From: a virus
IMG/VR virus record: IMGVR_UViG_3300028827_000102
Location: 1 to 64,000 of that record
Reading direction: 5' to 3' (one strand)
Length of the DNA stretch: 64,000 nucleotides
How positions within the stretch are numbered: position 1 is the stretch's first letter; every line of letters begins with the position of its first letter. The translations under genes and the position numbers were made by a program. Below the pieces are notes generated by a model that saw only the letters and a list, made by a program, of their open reading frames with translations, did not search any database and had not been told where the DNA came from. This document shows positions 56,387 to 64,000 of the stretch, in pieces.

Positions 56387-57469
56387 TCAATCAAAAGTTA
56401 GATCGTCATCGTCATCGAAAGAAAAATCATCAAGGTCGTCAGAAGAATCGGAAGAATCATCGTCATCATCATCGAAAGAAAGGTCATCGTCATCATCATC
56501 GAAAGAAAGGTCATCGTCATCATTCTTATTTTTTGCCTTCTTTTTATTGCCCTTATTGCTTTTATTGCTCTTATTGCCTCTTTTTCTGCTGCTATTTTTC
56601 TTAGTATTTGTCTTCTCTTCGTCTACAGTATCTTCGTCATCAAAAGAAATGTCATCAAGATCATCATCATTGTCAGTATCAAATTCAATATCGTCAGAAG
56701 ACGTGCCAGACACAGATACAGACACAGGAGCCCCAGTAGCTTTAGCTAAAGCAGCGTAACACCCCAACGAGTGTAACTTCTGTTCCAACACATCTGAATC
56801 TATGGTTTCTATTGAATCAAGCAAATCTACTAGTACGCCTTTATGTACCTTCCCCCCTAGCTTACATACATAAGCATCCTTATTTTCAATGTATTTCACG
56901 GGGAGACGTTTTCCTGTGGATACGAATTTGTATTCTACTCCACTCATATATGGATTGCTGCTCTTTTGTGCTAGCCATGTGAGCACTACACCACGCTTGT
57001 CGTCGTCAACAGAAGAACCTATTGCTTCTGCTATTCCCTTAAGTTCCTTCCACTCCAATACGTTCATATTTACCAGGCCCCACTGCTCGTCCGCGTTTTT
57101 CTTTATATTTGTGATGTGGAAAGCATGAGCCAAGTATCTGAAACTCTGAGGCATACGCAACCACTCAAAATCATTTCTCACGTCTATATACTTGTGGAAA
57201 TTGGCGCATATGGGGCAACCATTATCGACACTGGTAGCCTCAGCTATATCCCAATTTGGACATAAAGTATAGAATCCCTTTAGATCGTTTGATCCCTTTG
57301 GAACAAACTTGACGTAGTGTGTAACTATGGTAGCAAATCCACCTACCAGCCTAATCTGTACCGGCTTTCCAATAGACGGTCTAGAAAGCAGAGGAAGCAT
57401 TTCATCCCAACGTGAATCCGACTGCTGCCCAGGAACCTCTCCCATAGAACGGAAACCCTTTTTTCTCAT
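56387..57469 (-). CDS. ssb: T4 gp32-like single-stranded DNA-binding protein with a long acidic/basic/acidic tail
   Basis: QIRLV...THY...LCP...GCPIC (gp32-type Zn ligands), acidic tail ending DDDDDLTFD, upstream of recA. Confidence 0.75.
   Translation of the reverse strand: MRKKGFRSMGEVPGQQSDSRWDEMLPLLSRPSIGKPVQIRLVGGFATIVTHYVKFVPKGSNDLKGFYTLCPNWDIAEATSVDNGCPICANFHKYIDVRNDFEWLRMPQSFRYLAHAFHITNIKKNADEQWGLVNMNVLEWKELKGIAEAIGSSVDDDKRGVVLTWLAQKSSNPYMSGVEYKFVSTGKRLPVKYIENKDAYVCKLGGKVHKGVLVDLLDSIETIDSDVLEQKLHSLGCYAALAKATGAPVSVSVSGTSSDDIEFDTDNDDDLDDISFDDEDTVDEEKTNTKKNSSRKRGNKSNKSNKGNKKKAKNKNDDDDLSFDDDDDDLSFDDDDDDSSDSSDDLDDFSFDDDDDLTFD
56457..56523 (-). repeat. 27-bp tandem repeat (about 2.5 copies) encoding DDDDDDLSF
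   Basis: TCATCGTCATCATCATCGAAAGAAAGG at 56457 and 56484, partial at 56511. Confidence 0.9.
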
Positions 57470-57487
57470 GTCTGACTCCTTGTTTGT

Positions 57488-58849
57488 TTAAATATTGTCG
57501 ATACGATTGGCCATTTCTTTTGCCACTTGTACCTTACACGCTAACTGTCGAAGTGTTTCTGAATATACTTCAGCCATATCTAATCCAGAATTATCTATGC
57601 CATCTAGAAGACCATTACGTAAACATAATACCCTACACTCATCTTTTGTCAAGTGCTTTAACATCTTTAGAATGAAATCCTTCGTTTCATCATTTACAGT
57701 AAAAGTATGCTCTTCATCTGGGACATATACAAGCTTATCTTTATCATATACAGAAACTTCTTTCCATTCTGCATCTTCCTTTTGATCTTGGTCATAACTT
57801 ACCACCTGCGAAGCTTGTACTTCTCTTAATGTATCTTCTATTTTCTGTACACTACACCCTACTTCCTCTGCCAGCATATCATTAGTTGGTTCAAAGATAT
57901 TTAGTTCTGAAGCTAACTTACCAGCAGCTGATTGAATCTTTTGGTACATTCTCCATGTAGATGATGGTATTTTTATTAGTGGACCTCCACTAGATTTTCT
58001 GTATGCTTGTATTCTCTGTACTACCCACTGACGGGCAAAAGTGGGAAAAGACATGCGTTGTCTATAATCATAGTCAGAAACAGCTCTCCATAAGCCAAAA
58101 GAACCAGCTTGTAGCATATCACTGGCATGTAGGTCAGAATAAGCATATTTACGTACTTCTACTACCACTAATTTCATGTATGATTGCACAATGCGATTCT
58201 GTATTGTAGAAATACGTTTCACTATATTATTCACTATGCCGACAACTCCGTATAAATAGTTTGGGTACATTATTCCAGCTCTCTGTTCAATAAGCCTTTT
58301 TTTATCCGTAAGTTTGCTTATTCTCTTCATTATTGACACAATCTCATCGTTGTCAGTAGACAACGAAACCTTTGTCTTTAAGGTTGCCAGTTCTAATTCT
58401 ATTTGCTGGTAGTTAGAAGTAATGGCATCAAATGTACGCAATATTGCTTCATATCTGCTATTACGTAAACGTAGCCTTTCTAAAACAGCCTTAGTTTCTT
58501 TTTCTGCTACATCTCTCGGAGATGCTGCTAGCCTGAATAGACTATAACCGGTACTTAGTATCTGCAAATTTCCTGTACCGATTTGTACATCGTTGATAGT
58601 AGTAAAACCTTTGCACGATTCATCGTATATACTATATTTTTCGTTTTTGACAGCACCTCCAGCAATCCTGTAAAGAATATAACATATATTGTCTTCCACA
58701 AATGTGGTGTATTTTACCAATTCTTGTATGCCGATACTTGTGTATATTTCTATATCTTTAAACAAGGAATCCAATGTATGGTAATCTATATCCGGGGCAG
58801 ATAATATTTGCTTTGCAATGCTATTGAACATTTCAAATTTATCGGACAT
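57488..58849 (-). CDS. Phage sigma70-family (RpoD-like) RNA polymerase sigma factor
   Basis: Region 2 KLVVVEVRKY...DMLQAGSFGLWRAVSDYDYRQRMSFPTFARQWVVQRI; region 3 EPTNDMLAEEVG; region 4.1 LTKDECRVLCLRNGL. Confidence 0.9.
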   Translation of the reverse strand: MSDKFEMFNSIAKQILSAPDIDYHTLDSLFKDIEIYTSIGIQELVKYTTFVEDNICYILYRIAGGAVKNEKYSIYDESCKGFTTINDVQIGTGNLQILSTGYSLFRLAASPRDVAEKETKAVLERLRLRNSRYEAILRTFDAITSNYQQIELELATLKTKVSLSTDNDEIVSIMKRISKLTDKKRLIEQRAGIMYPNYLYGVVGIVNNIVKRISTIQNRIVQSYMKLVVVEVRKYAYSDLHASDMLQAGSFGLWRAVSDYDYRQRMSFPTFARQWVVQRIQAYRKSSGGPLIKIPSSTWRMYQKIQSAAGKLASELNIFEPTNDMLAEEVGCSVQKIEDTLREVQASQVVSYDQDQKEDAEWKEVSVYDKDKLVYVPDEEHTFTVNDETKDFILKMLKHLTKDECRVLCLRNGLLDGIDNSGLDMAEVYSETLRQLACKVQVAKEMANRIDNI

Positions 58850-58866
58850 ACCAATGATCCTTATTT

Positions 58867-58874
58867 TTTAGTAG
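58867..58874 (+). promoter_or_regulatory. TTTAGTAG candidate promoter motif upstream of the SWIM gene
   Basis: Intergenic, 15 nt before the ATG at 58890; same motif as at 36887 and 45034. Confidence 0.4.
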
Positions 58875-58889
58875 AATAGGATATATAAC

Positions 58890-59495
58890 ATGCCAATAAC
58901 AAAAAAATTTGATATACCGCAACTCACACTAAAACATATACTAAAATATTCAAATGTGAGTCCTGTTAAAAGTACAAGCGGACAGCGACTTAAATCGCCC
59001 GCGTCTAGAGTGTCTGAATGTACCTTGATATCTCATCAATATAGTACAGGTTCGCGCGATGGTTTCAGACGAACTAGACATAAATATCCTACCATGTACA
59101 ACGAATTTCGCGGTCTTGTACGTTGCAGCGGAAGCGGTAAGAAACGTTACACATATATCCGTTTCTATGGGCCTCCATCTCTAGACACTCCTGTTTGGGT
59201 GTGGTGTAGCTGTGAACATTTTGCTTACACCTATGAATGGGTTTTAGCAAAATATAAATCCAGTACTATTAGTGCGGGATACAATTCTGTAGGTGTGTCG
59301 ATACGCCCAGAACCGCCACAAATACGTAACCCAAATAAGTACCCAGGAGCGTGCAAGCATATATTGCTAAGTGCCAAATATGCTTTGACCAAAAAGGACC
59401 TTATAGAGCAAAGGGAAGCATATGTGGCGGATCTGAAGCGGGCACGCCGCAATAAGATTTTACAGCGTGCCCGCCCCATCAAGCTTATCCGTTAA
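58890..59495 (+). CDS. SWIM zinc-finger protein
   Basis: VWVWCSCEHF...GACKHIL (CxC...CxH). Confidence 0.8.
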   Translation: MPITKKFDIPQLTLKHILKYSNVSPVKSTSGQRLKSPASRVSECTLISHQYSTGSRDGFRRTRHKYPTMYNEFRGLVRCSGSGKKRYTYIRFYGPPSLDTPVWVWCSCEHFAYTYEWVLAKYKSSTISAGYNSVGVSIRPEPPQIRNPNKYPGACKHILLSAKYALTKKDLIEQREAYVADLKRARRNKILQRARPIKLIR

Positions 59496-59817
59496 CCGAC
59501 GTCATATCATCATTTGCCAAATCGATACGAATGGAGTGCGAACGGACAAGAGGACCGAGCATAGCCTTCACCACTGTTCGCAAAGAACGAATGGTTCTAC
59601 CGTCGCCACCAAGAAACGGACCCCTATCCTTTGGATGCAAATCAAACTCCAGAACCGTCACTCTGCTAGTGCGCATGATACGCACGGTAGCGTCCTCTGG
59701 ATGCTTGGCGATATGATATGCTAGCAACATTACGATCTTTGCAAGGCTAAGGTTGCGCATATCTTCAGTAACCATGTCCTCAAGTCGGTAAACACCATCA
59801 GTAATAGTATCAGTCAT
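59485..59817 (-). CDS. khpA: KhpA (YlqC/UPF0109)-like KH-domain RNA-binding protein
   Basis: IAKHPEDATV...VLEFDLHPKDRGPFLGGDGRTIRSLRTVV versus the KhpA consensus LVDHPEDVxV...LxVxPxDxGKVIGKxGRTxxAIRT. Confidence 0.85.
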   Translation of the reverse strand: MTDTITDGVYRLEDMVTEDMRNLSLAKIVMLLAYHIAKHPEDATVRIMRTSRVTVLEFDLHPKDRGPFLGGDGRTIRSLRTVVKAMLGPLVRSHSIRIDLANDDMTSVNG

Positions 59818-60770
59818 TGTACCTCTCCTTCGTCTATTTTCTGAGAAGTTTCGATTTTCCGTTCCGCTGTCCTATCTTGCGGTCTCTTGTCTTCTGGATA
59901 CACCTCGTCGTGCAAAAGGGTTTCAAGCAAAGGGGAAAAGCACATCTGATTAACTTCACAATATCTCGCTGTTGGGTCTCCCTGACTAGTACATACACCT
60001 ATCGGAGCGTTTGGTTGTTTCAAACTGTCTTCCGCTGTTTTTATCAGGGCCATTGTCTCTCTGTAAACCCTACGAGATACCGGCATCTGTATCGGTACCC
60101 ACCCTTTCCAATTCCAAGGTGTACCTCTGTCAATATACACTATCACAACACTGTTTATTTTTTCTACTTTTCCTAGATCTTGACCTCCTATGTTTATTGC
60201 ATTGGCATAGCAATTAACTTGCACATAGTGCTTTGGGTACGCACTTCTACTATTACGTATCTCGGCTAGCTTGTCAAGGGAAGATCCCTTAAAATCGACC
60301 AGCACATTGTGTCGATAGCTGTCAAAACTAAGAATCATATCTATGTGTCCGGTGAAAGGAACTTTACGATTTTTTGTGATTGCATATTCATGGTACATCA
60401 TTTCTTTTCCACACACCGAACATTTTTGTATACCTAGTTTATGCTTTTTTATCTTCTTACATTTTCGACAGACCCAACAACCATAAGCATTGTTAGGCAA
60501 CATTATTCCGAACCATCGTTGTAGAGCTATGTGTAAAGCCGTGCCTTCTAATGTGGCTGCGTCGCTTATAAACGTATCCTCTGTTTTCGGTCTTTTACTT
60601 AATGGCAAATGTCTATAAATATAGTATTTACGCGGACAGATTGGTAAACTACTTGCTCTCTTTTCCACCCTAAAGGGTACATCGCTTTGCCGTCTTCCCT
60701 TTCTTACACGCTCTAGGGCTTGCGCTACCCTACCATCCAATGCTATACTACCCGGTAGTTGGATTTCCAT
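59814..60770 (-). CDS. Cas4-like PD-(D/E)xK exonuclease with Fe-S cysteines and an inserted Zn ribbon
   Basis: ASSLPICPRK, GTALH, GHIDMIL, VDFKG, QVNCY, C-terminal C...YCEVNQMC; CRKC...CSVCG insert. Confidence 0.8.
   Translation of the reverse strand: MEIQLPGSIALDGRVAQALERVRKGRRQSDVPFRVEKRASSLPICPRKYYIYRHLPLSKRPKTEDTFISDAATLEGTALHIALQRWFGIMLPNNAYGCWVCRKCKKIKKHKLGIQKCSVCGKEMMYHEYAITKNRKVPFTGHIDMILSFDSYRHNVLVDFKGSSLDKLAEIRNSRSAYPKHYVQVNCYANAINIGGQDLGKVEKINSVVIVYIDRGTPWNWKGWVPIQMPVSRRVYRETMALIKTAEDSLKQPNAPIGVCTSQGDPTARYCEVNQMCFSPLLETLLHDEVYPEDKRPQDRTAERKIETSQKIDEGEVQ
60720..60749 (+). promoter_or_regulatory. Host sigma70-like promoter for the primase gene: TTGCGC-18 bp-TATACT with extended TGn
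   Basis: -35 at 60720-60725, TG at 60741-60742, -10 at 60744-60749; lies antisense inside the Cas4-like gene, about 46 nt before the primase ATG. Confidence 0.5.
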
Positions 60771-60795
60771 TTCTCACCTTTCAGGCAAAAATACA

Positions 60796-61677
60796 ATGAA
60801 CGATCTTACTACTATAATCCTTGCGGAACTGGCAAAACACGGAATAAAAGTAGCAAATATAAATGACAATTCTAGAAATATTCAAGCTTTCTGTTTCAAC
60901 GGACATGATCATGATACACCATCCCTATCAATACGCAAGAGCGATGGTGCTTTTTTCTGCTTTGGCTGTGGCACAAAAGGACCAAATTGGAATGTACTAG
61001 CTGAAAAAATAGGGGCAAAAACCATCGACGACGGTGAAATGCCAAATCCTTTTGGCATCATGTATGAATATATAGAAAAAGCTATGACTGACTCTGGTGA
61101 TGTTACCCTACCTATGGGAGCCATTCCTTGGGCGAAGGGAGCATGGCGATCATTACCAGAAAAATTTTTGAAAATGTTAGGTGCGTACTTTTGGTATGAT
61201 TCTGGAGTACATGCAGATAGAATTCTTTTTCCCATTATACAGCTAGGTTCATTAGCCGGTTGGGTAGCTAGACGGCTAGATGACGGGCGCATGAAATACA
61301 GGAATTCATCCGATCTAAGAAGCAGGGAAATATTGTATCCATATGACTTTGTGTATGATAGAGACCCGCGTACAATAGTATTGGTGGAAGGACCATTCGA
61401 TGCTTTACGATTATTACGTTTTCGTATACCGGCTTTAGCTTTTATGGGAACCAATAATTTTACAGAAGAAAATGCCATCATGCTTTCGTCTTTTGTATCG
61501 GAAGTTATAGTGTGTACGGATAATGATGATGCTGGCAACAAATGTAGAAAAAATATAGTAACACCAATATGCAAAGACTATGGATTAAAAGTAAGCCATT
61601 TCTTTCCCCCTAAAGGTTCTGACCCAGGAGACATGCCATTGCGTTATATACGAAAGCTAAAAGAGATTTGTTCTTAG
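60796..61677 (+). CDS. dnaG: DnaG-type DNA primase (CHC2 zinc finger plus TOPRIM)
   Basis: FCFNGHDHDTPSL...FFCFGCG, RILFPI, KYRNS, VLVEGPFDAL, CTDNDDAG, DPGD. Confidence 0.93.
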   Translation: MNDLTTIILAELAKHGIKVANINDNSRNIQAFCFNGHDHDTPSLSIRKSDGAFFCFGCGTKGPNWNVLAEKIGAKTIDDGEMPNPFGIMYEYIEKAMTDSGDVTLPMGAIPWAKGAWRSLPEKFLKMLGAYFWYDSGVHADRILFPIIQLGSLAGWVARRLDDGRMKYRNSSDLRSREILYPYDFVYDRDPRTIVLVEGPFDALRLLRFRIPALAFMGTNNFTEENAIMLSSFVSEVIVCTDNDDAGNKCRKNIVTPICKDYGLKVSHFFPPKGSDPGDMPLRYIRKLKEICS

Positions 61678-62468
61678 TTTGTATATTTTTCTTCCACGCC
61701 TTTTGACATAAACTGAAACATTTTTTCTACAGATGCCTGCGTCGTTTCAATATCAAAACCTTCCAAAATATCCAGCAACATCATTATTATACTAGATATA
61801 CGAATTATATCTTTACATGCCTGTTCCATGTAAAACAGTCGAATAGTAGTATTCGACGTTTCATAGGCTATCACGTTGGACTGTAAAGAATCCAATGCGT
61901 CATCAATACGTAAAATACTGAGTGAAGGTCTGAATAAACTTTGATATTCTTTTATGTCATCAAAGTTTTTATATCGAAAATCTTTGTCATCTAAAACAGC
62001 TTTATACAAAAAACGCACGAATTCGTCAACATACGTAGATATACTCTTCTTGTTACCGTTTATTGTAATATCAGAATAAATATACAACCAAAATAGACCT
62101 GACAAAGCCATATCTAAAACGGCCAATGCGGATAAACGTTCATGCTCTATAATTACATCCGTTGTTCTTTTACTATTTCCGTTTACTCCGAAAGATGGGT
62201 AATCTGTAGATAAAATTATACACGATTTACGCAAATCTTCTGCACGTAACAACGATGCTACAGATACATATAAAGTTGAAAAAGATCCTGTTGTTTTGTT
62301 TATATTGAAATCCTTATCTATTTTTTCTGCATACTTACCCATGTATGTATGCAGTTTTTTGGTTACTTCTTCCGCCCATCTCTGCATTGACACATTTTCT
62401 GGTCTACTTAGAAAGGCGTTCAACCGCGATACCAAAGTCTTTACCAAAATCAATTGTACACTCCACAC
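61674..62468 (-). CDS. Hypothetical protein (true start probably near 62387-62393)
   Basis: Long helical ORF; the annotated start overlaps the upstream gene. Confidence 0.6.
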   Translation of the reverse strand: MWSVQLILVKTLVSRLNAFLSRPENVSMQRWAEEVTKKLHTYMGKYAEKIDKDFNINKTTGSFSTLYVSVASLLRAEDLRKSCIILSTDYPSFGVNGNSKRTTDVIIEHERLSALAVLDMALSGLFWLYIYSDITINGNKKSISTYVDEFVRFLYKAVLDDKDFRYKNFDDIKEYQSLFRPSLSILRIDDALDSLQSNVIAYETSNTTIRLFYMEQACKDIIRISSIIMMLLDILEGFDIETTQASVEKMFQFMSKGVEEKYTN

Positions 62469-62871
62469 TGATATTAAGGTTTCCTATATTAGCTGGAAGA
62501 TCAAACAATAAATCGAATCCTTCCAATTGCCTGCTAGATTTAGACGGTATCTTAGTCTTGGCTACATAAGGCGTACCTAGAACACCATCATCTACGGTGT
62601 ATATACATTTTATCGCTACATTTAATGATGATGTAGTTGGGTTATGTATTACTACCGTTGTTCCCGCCCAATAACTGCATAGATTATTGGTACACCCTCT
62701 ATCTCTAAGTGTCATGTCTTTTACTACCATATAAGGCTTATTGACATCAGGTTTACCTGTATAGGATGTAGGAGCCCGCGCGACAGTATCACACGAAGCT
62801 AAAGAACAACCATTGTCCCCACAAGAAATGGCAAATAGCAGACTTACTACCACAAACACAATTTTTCTCAT
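62404..62871 (-). CDS. Putative lipoprotein
   Basis: MRKIVFVVVSLLFAISC: basic N-terminus, hydrophobic core and lipobox-like Cys; GAGGT RBS. Confidence 0.7.
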   Translation of the reverse strand: MRKIVFVVVSLLFAISCGDNGCSLASCDTVARAPTSYTGKPDVNKPYMVVKDMTLRDRGCTNNLCSYWAGTTVVIHNPTTSSLNVAIKCIYTVDDGVLGTPYVAKTKIPSKSSRQLEGFDLLFDLPANIGNLNISVECTIDFGKDFGIAVERLSK

Positions 62872-62878
62872 TTTTACC

Positions 62879-63544
62879 TCACTTTGATACCCTTGGCAAC
62901 ATCATTTCGGGTACCCATTGACGTTTCTTTGCCTCCATATCTAAAATCGGATCGTAGTTACCTGACAAATTTTGATATAATTCAGATTTGCTTGTAAGCA
63001 TAAAACTTATTTGAGCTATTCTTGCTCCTACCAACAATACAACTACATGATATTTACTAGTATTTGTTATCTCCATGGTCCATCTGTTGCAATATCCATG
63101 ATCTCCCCAACCACCGGAACCACACACATCCAAAAAATTACGTACAGTGGTAGACCTACTATGCATTTCTGGAATAATGGTATTACAAGCAGATCCGATG
63201 AATTCTTCGGTATGGGCAAGAATCATAGATCTAGGAGGAATAAAAATAACTTTATCTTCACCATCTAATCCATCTAAATATCTTTCATCAACTGTTGATA
63301 AAGATATTAGATCTTTTACTTTTGCTGCTTTTCCTTTGCGCCATACACTACCAATCGATTTAGCACTGTAAGGATTGTATATGTTCATCATCTTAGAATC
63401 TTTATCGGGTATTTGTTCATACCAAAAATGTTCTCCCAGGCGCACATCATAGCTAGCGCTGGTGACACAACTTTGGTCATAAGGTTCTATTATAATCATA
63501 CCCGCTTTATATGCTTCTATGATCTGATCATGTACTAATAGCAT
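62879..63544 (-). CDS. dcd: dCTP deaminase (trimeric dUTPase superfamily)
   Basis: SASYDVRLG, LAHTEE, RSTTVR, GDHGY...TMEITN, RIAQISF. Confidence 0.92.
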   Translation of the reverse strand: MLLVHDQIIEAYKAGMIIIEPYDQSCVTSASYDVRLGEHFWYEQIPDKDSKMMNIYNPYSAKSIGSVWRKGKAAKVKDLISLSTVDERYLDGLDGEDKVIFIPPRSMILAHTEEFIGSACNTIIPEMHSRSTTVRNFLDVCGSGGWGDHGYCNRWTMEITNTSKYHVVVLLVGARIAQISFMLTSKSELYQNLSGNYDPILDMEAKKRQWVPEMMLPRVSK

Positions 63545-63998
63545 AATATACTTTTACTTCCTTTCTTTTTATTGCTGAGATTGTATCTGATAAGCTTAAT
63601 ACTTTTCTTTTTCCATCTAAAAATACCACAAAATTCTTATTTCCTGCGACTGACAAATTCTTTCTTGTGGTTATTGATAACTGTTCGACCCTTCTACCAT
63701 TATCGGATAATAACACATTTCCAGGAGAAAGTACAAGCACTTTCTTTACATCGGATCTACCGATCCTTTTAGGAAGAACATTTGGTCTCGTTACTTTTAG
63801 ATTAGAGACTTCCGTTTTTATTATTCTTCCATTCTTACATATTATTAATATAGTGTCTTCATCGTTTACACCCACAGCAAACAAAGGATTATCGTCTTTT
63901 TTGAACGCCTTAAATATTTTTCGTCGTTGGTCTGAAGGAAACAAAACATAATTGCGCGTTGACAACACTAAGCAATATTTTTTTGTACTAATACCAAC
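63528..63998 (-). CDS. C-terminal part of a probable type IIA topoisomerase subunit A (GyrA/ParC beta-pinwheel-like), 5' end outside the window
   Basis: The frame stays open to the window edge (VGISTKKYCLVLSTRN...). EDTILIICKNGRIIKTEVSNLKVTRPNV resembles a GyrA C-terminal-domain blade. Confidence 0.5.
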   Translation of the reverse strand, partial: VGISTKKYCLVLSTRNYVLFPSDQRRKIFKAFKKDDNPLFAVGVNDEDTILIICKNGRIIKTEVSNLKVTRPNVLPKRIGRSDVKKVLVLSPGNVLLSDNGRRVEQLSITTRKNLSVAGNKNFVVFLDGKRKVLSLSDTISAIKRKEVKVYYAIST

Positions 63999-64000
63999 TA

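Larger units (their letters stand above)
1..64000. mobile_element. Segment of a large (probably jumbo) contractile-tailed bacteriophage genome
   Basis: Baseplate J, gp25-like wedge, spike, hub and fibre genes sit alongside phage-type replication genes (gp32-like SSB, ATP-dependent ligase) and a phage sigma factor. Intergenic space is minimal, and no host housekeeping operon or integrase was seen. Confidence 0.93.

Noticed and set aside
56134-56604. His/Arg-rich plus-strand ORF (HRHHHRKKG repeats)
   Set aside because: It is the antisense reading of the Asp-rich tandem repeat in the SSB tail.
60909-61574. 221-aa minus-strand ORF
   Set aside because: It is antisense to the well-supported primase and has no motifs.
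1-64000. Stop-codon reassignment, as in some large phages
   Set aside because: Genes are full length in the standard code, and TAA, TAG and TGA all end well-defined genes.
1-64000. tRNA/rRNA genes, DGR or retron reverse transcriptase, phage-nucleus shell or tubulin, multisubunit phage RNAP
   Set aside because: No spacer shows a cloverleaf and no ORF shows the relevant motifs. They could lie outside the window or be too divergent to see by eye.

Overview
This AT-rich (roughly one-third GC by eye), very gene-dense window is part of a large lytic myovirus-type phage genome, probably a jumbo phage. It reads in the standard bacterial code, mostly on the minus strand, with many ATGA/GTGA-coupled genes. 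1-20.2 kb is a contractile-tail module: fibre proteins, baseplate J and gp25-like wedge proteins, a spike, a 1736-aa hub with an M23 peptidase, and a fibre with an autocleaving chaperone. 20.3-35 kb and 45-64 kb hold a largely bacterial-style replication, recombination and nucleotide-metabolism set: UvrD/PcrA, beta clamp, 5'-3' exonuclease, DnaB, a degenerate DnaC-like protein, an SF2 helicase, class II RNR, RuvC, ATP-dependent ligase, SbcC/SbcD, DnaX, RecA, gp32-like SSB, DnaG, dCTP deaminase and a partial GyrA/ParC-like C-terminal domain. 35-45 kb holds neck, tube and head-associated genes plus an exported SLT lytic enzyme. The most notable observations are: (1) a histone-fold protein with a Lys-rich N-terminal tail, translationally coupled inside the recA-sbcD-dnaX-sbcC run; (2) two proteins with basic plus very long Asp-rich blocks, which could act as chaperones or nucleic-acid mimics; (3) a phage sigma70 with an eroded region 4, a separate Zn-finger/sigma-region-4 protein and a recurring TTTAGTAG candidate late-promoter motif, including a perfect 16-bp inverted repeat between divergent structural operons; (4) a phage KhpA with an altered GxxG loop; (5) an RRM-like insert in the DNA ligase. 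No tRNA, rRNA, CRISPR array, integrase, intein, capsid, portal, large terminase or DNA polymerase catalytic subunit was recognised. All family calls come from recognising motifs by eye; no searches were run.
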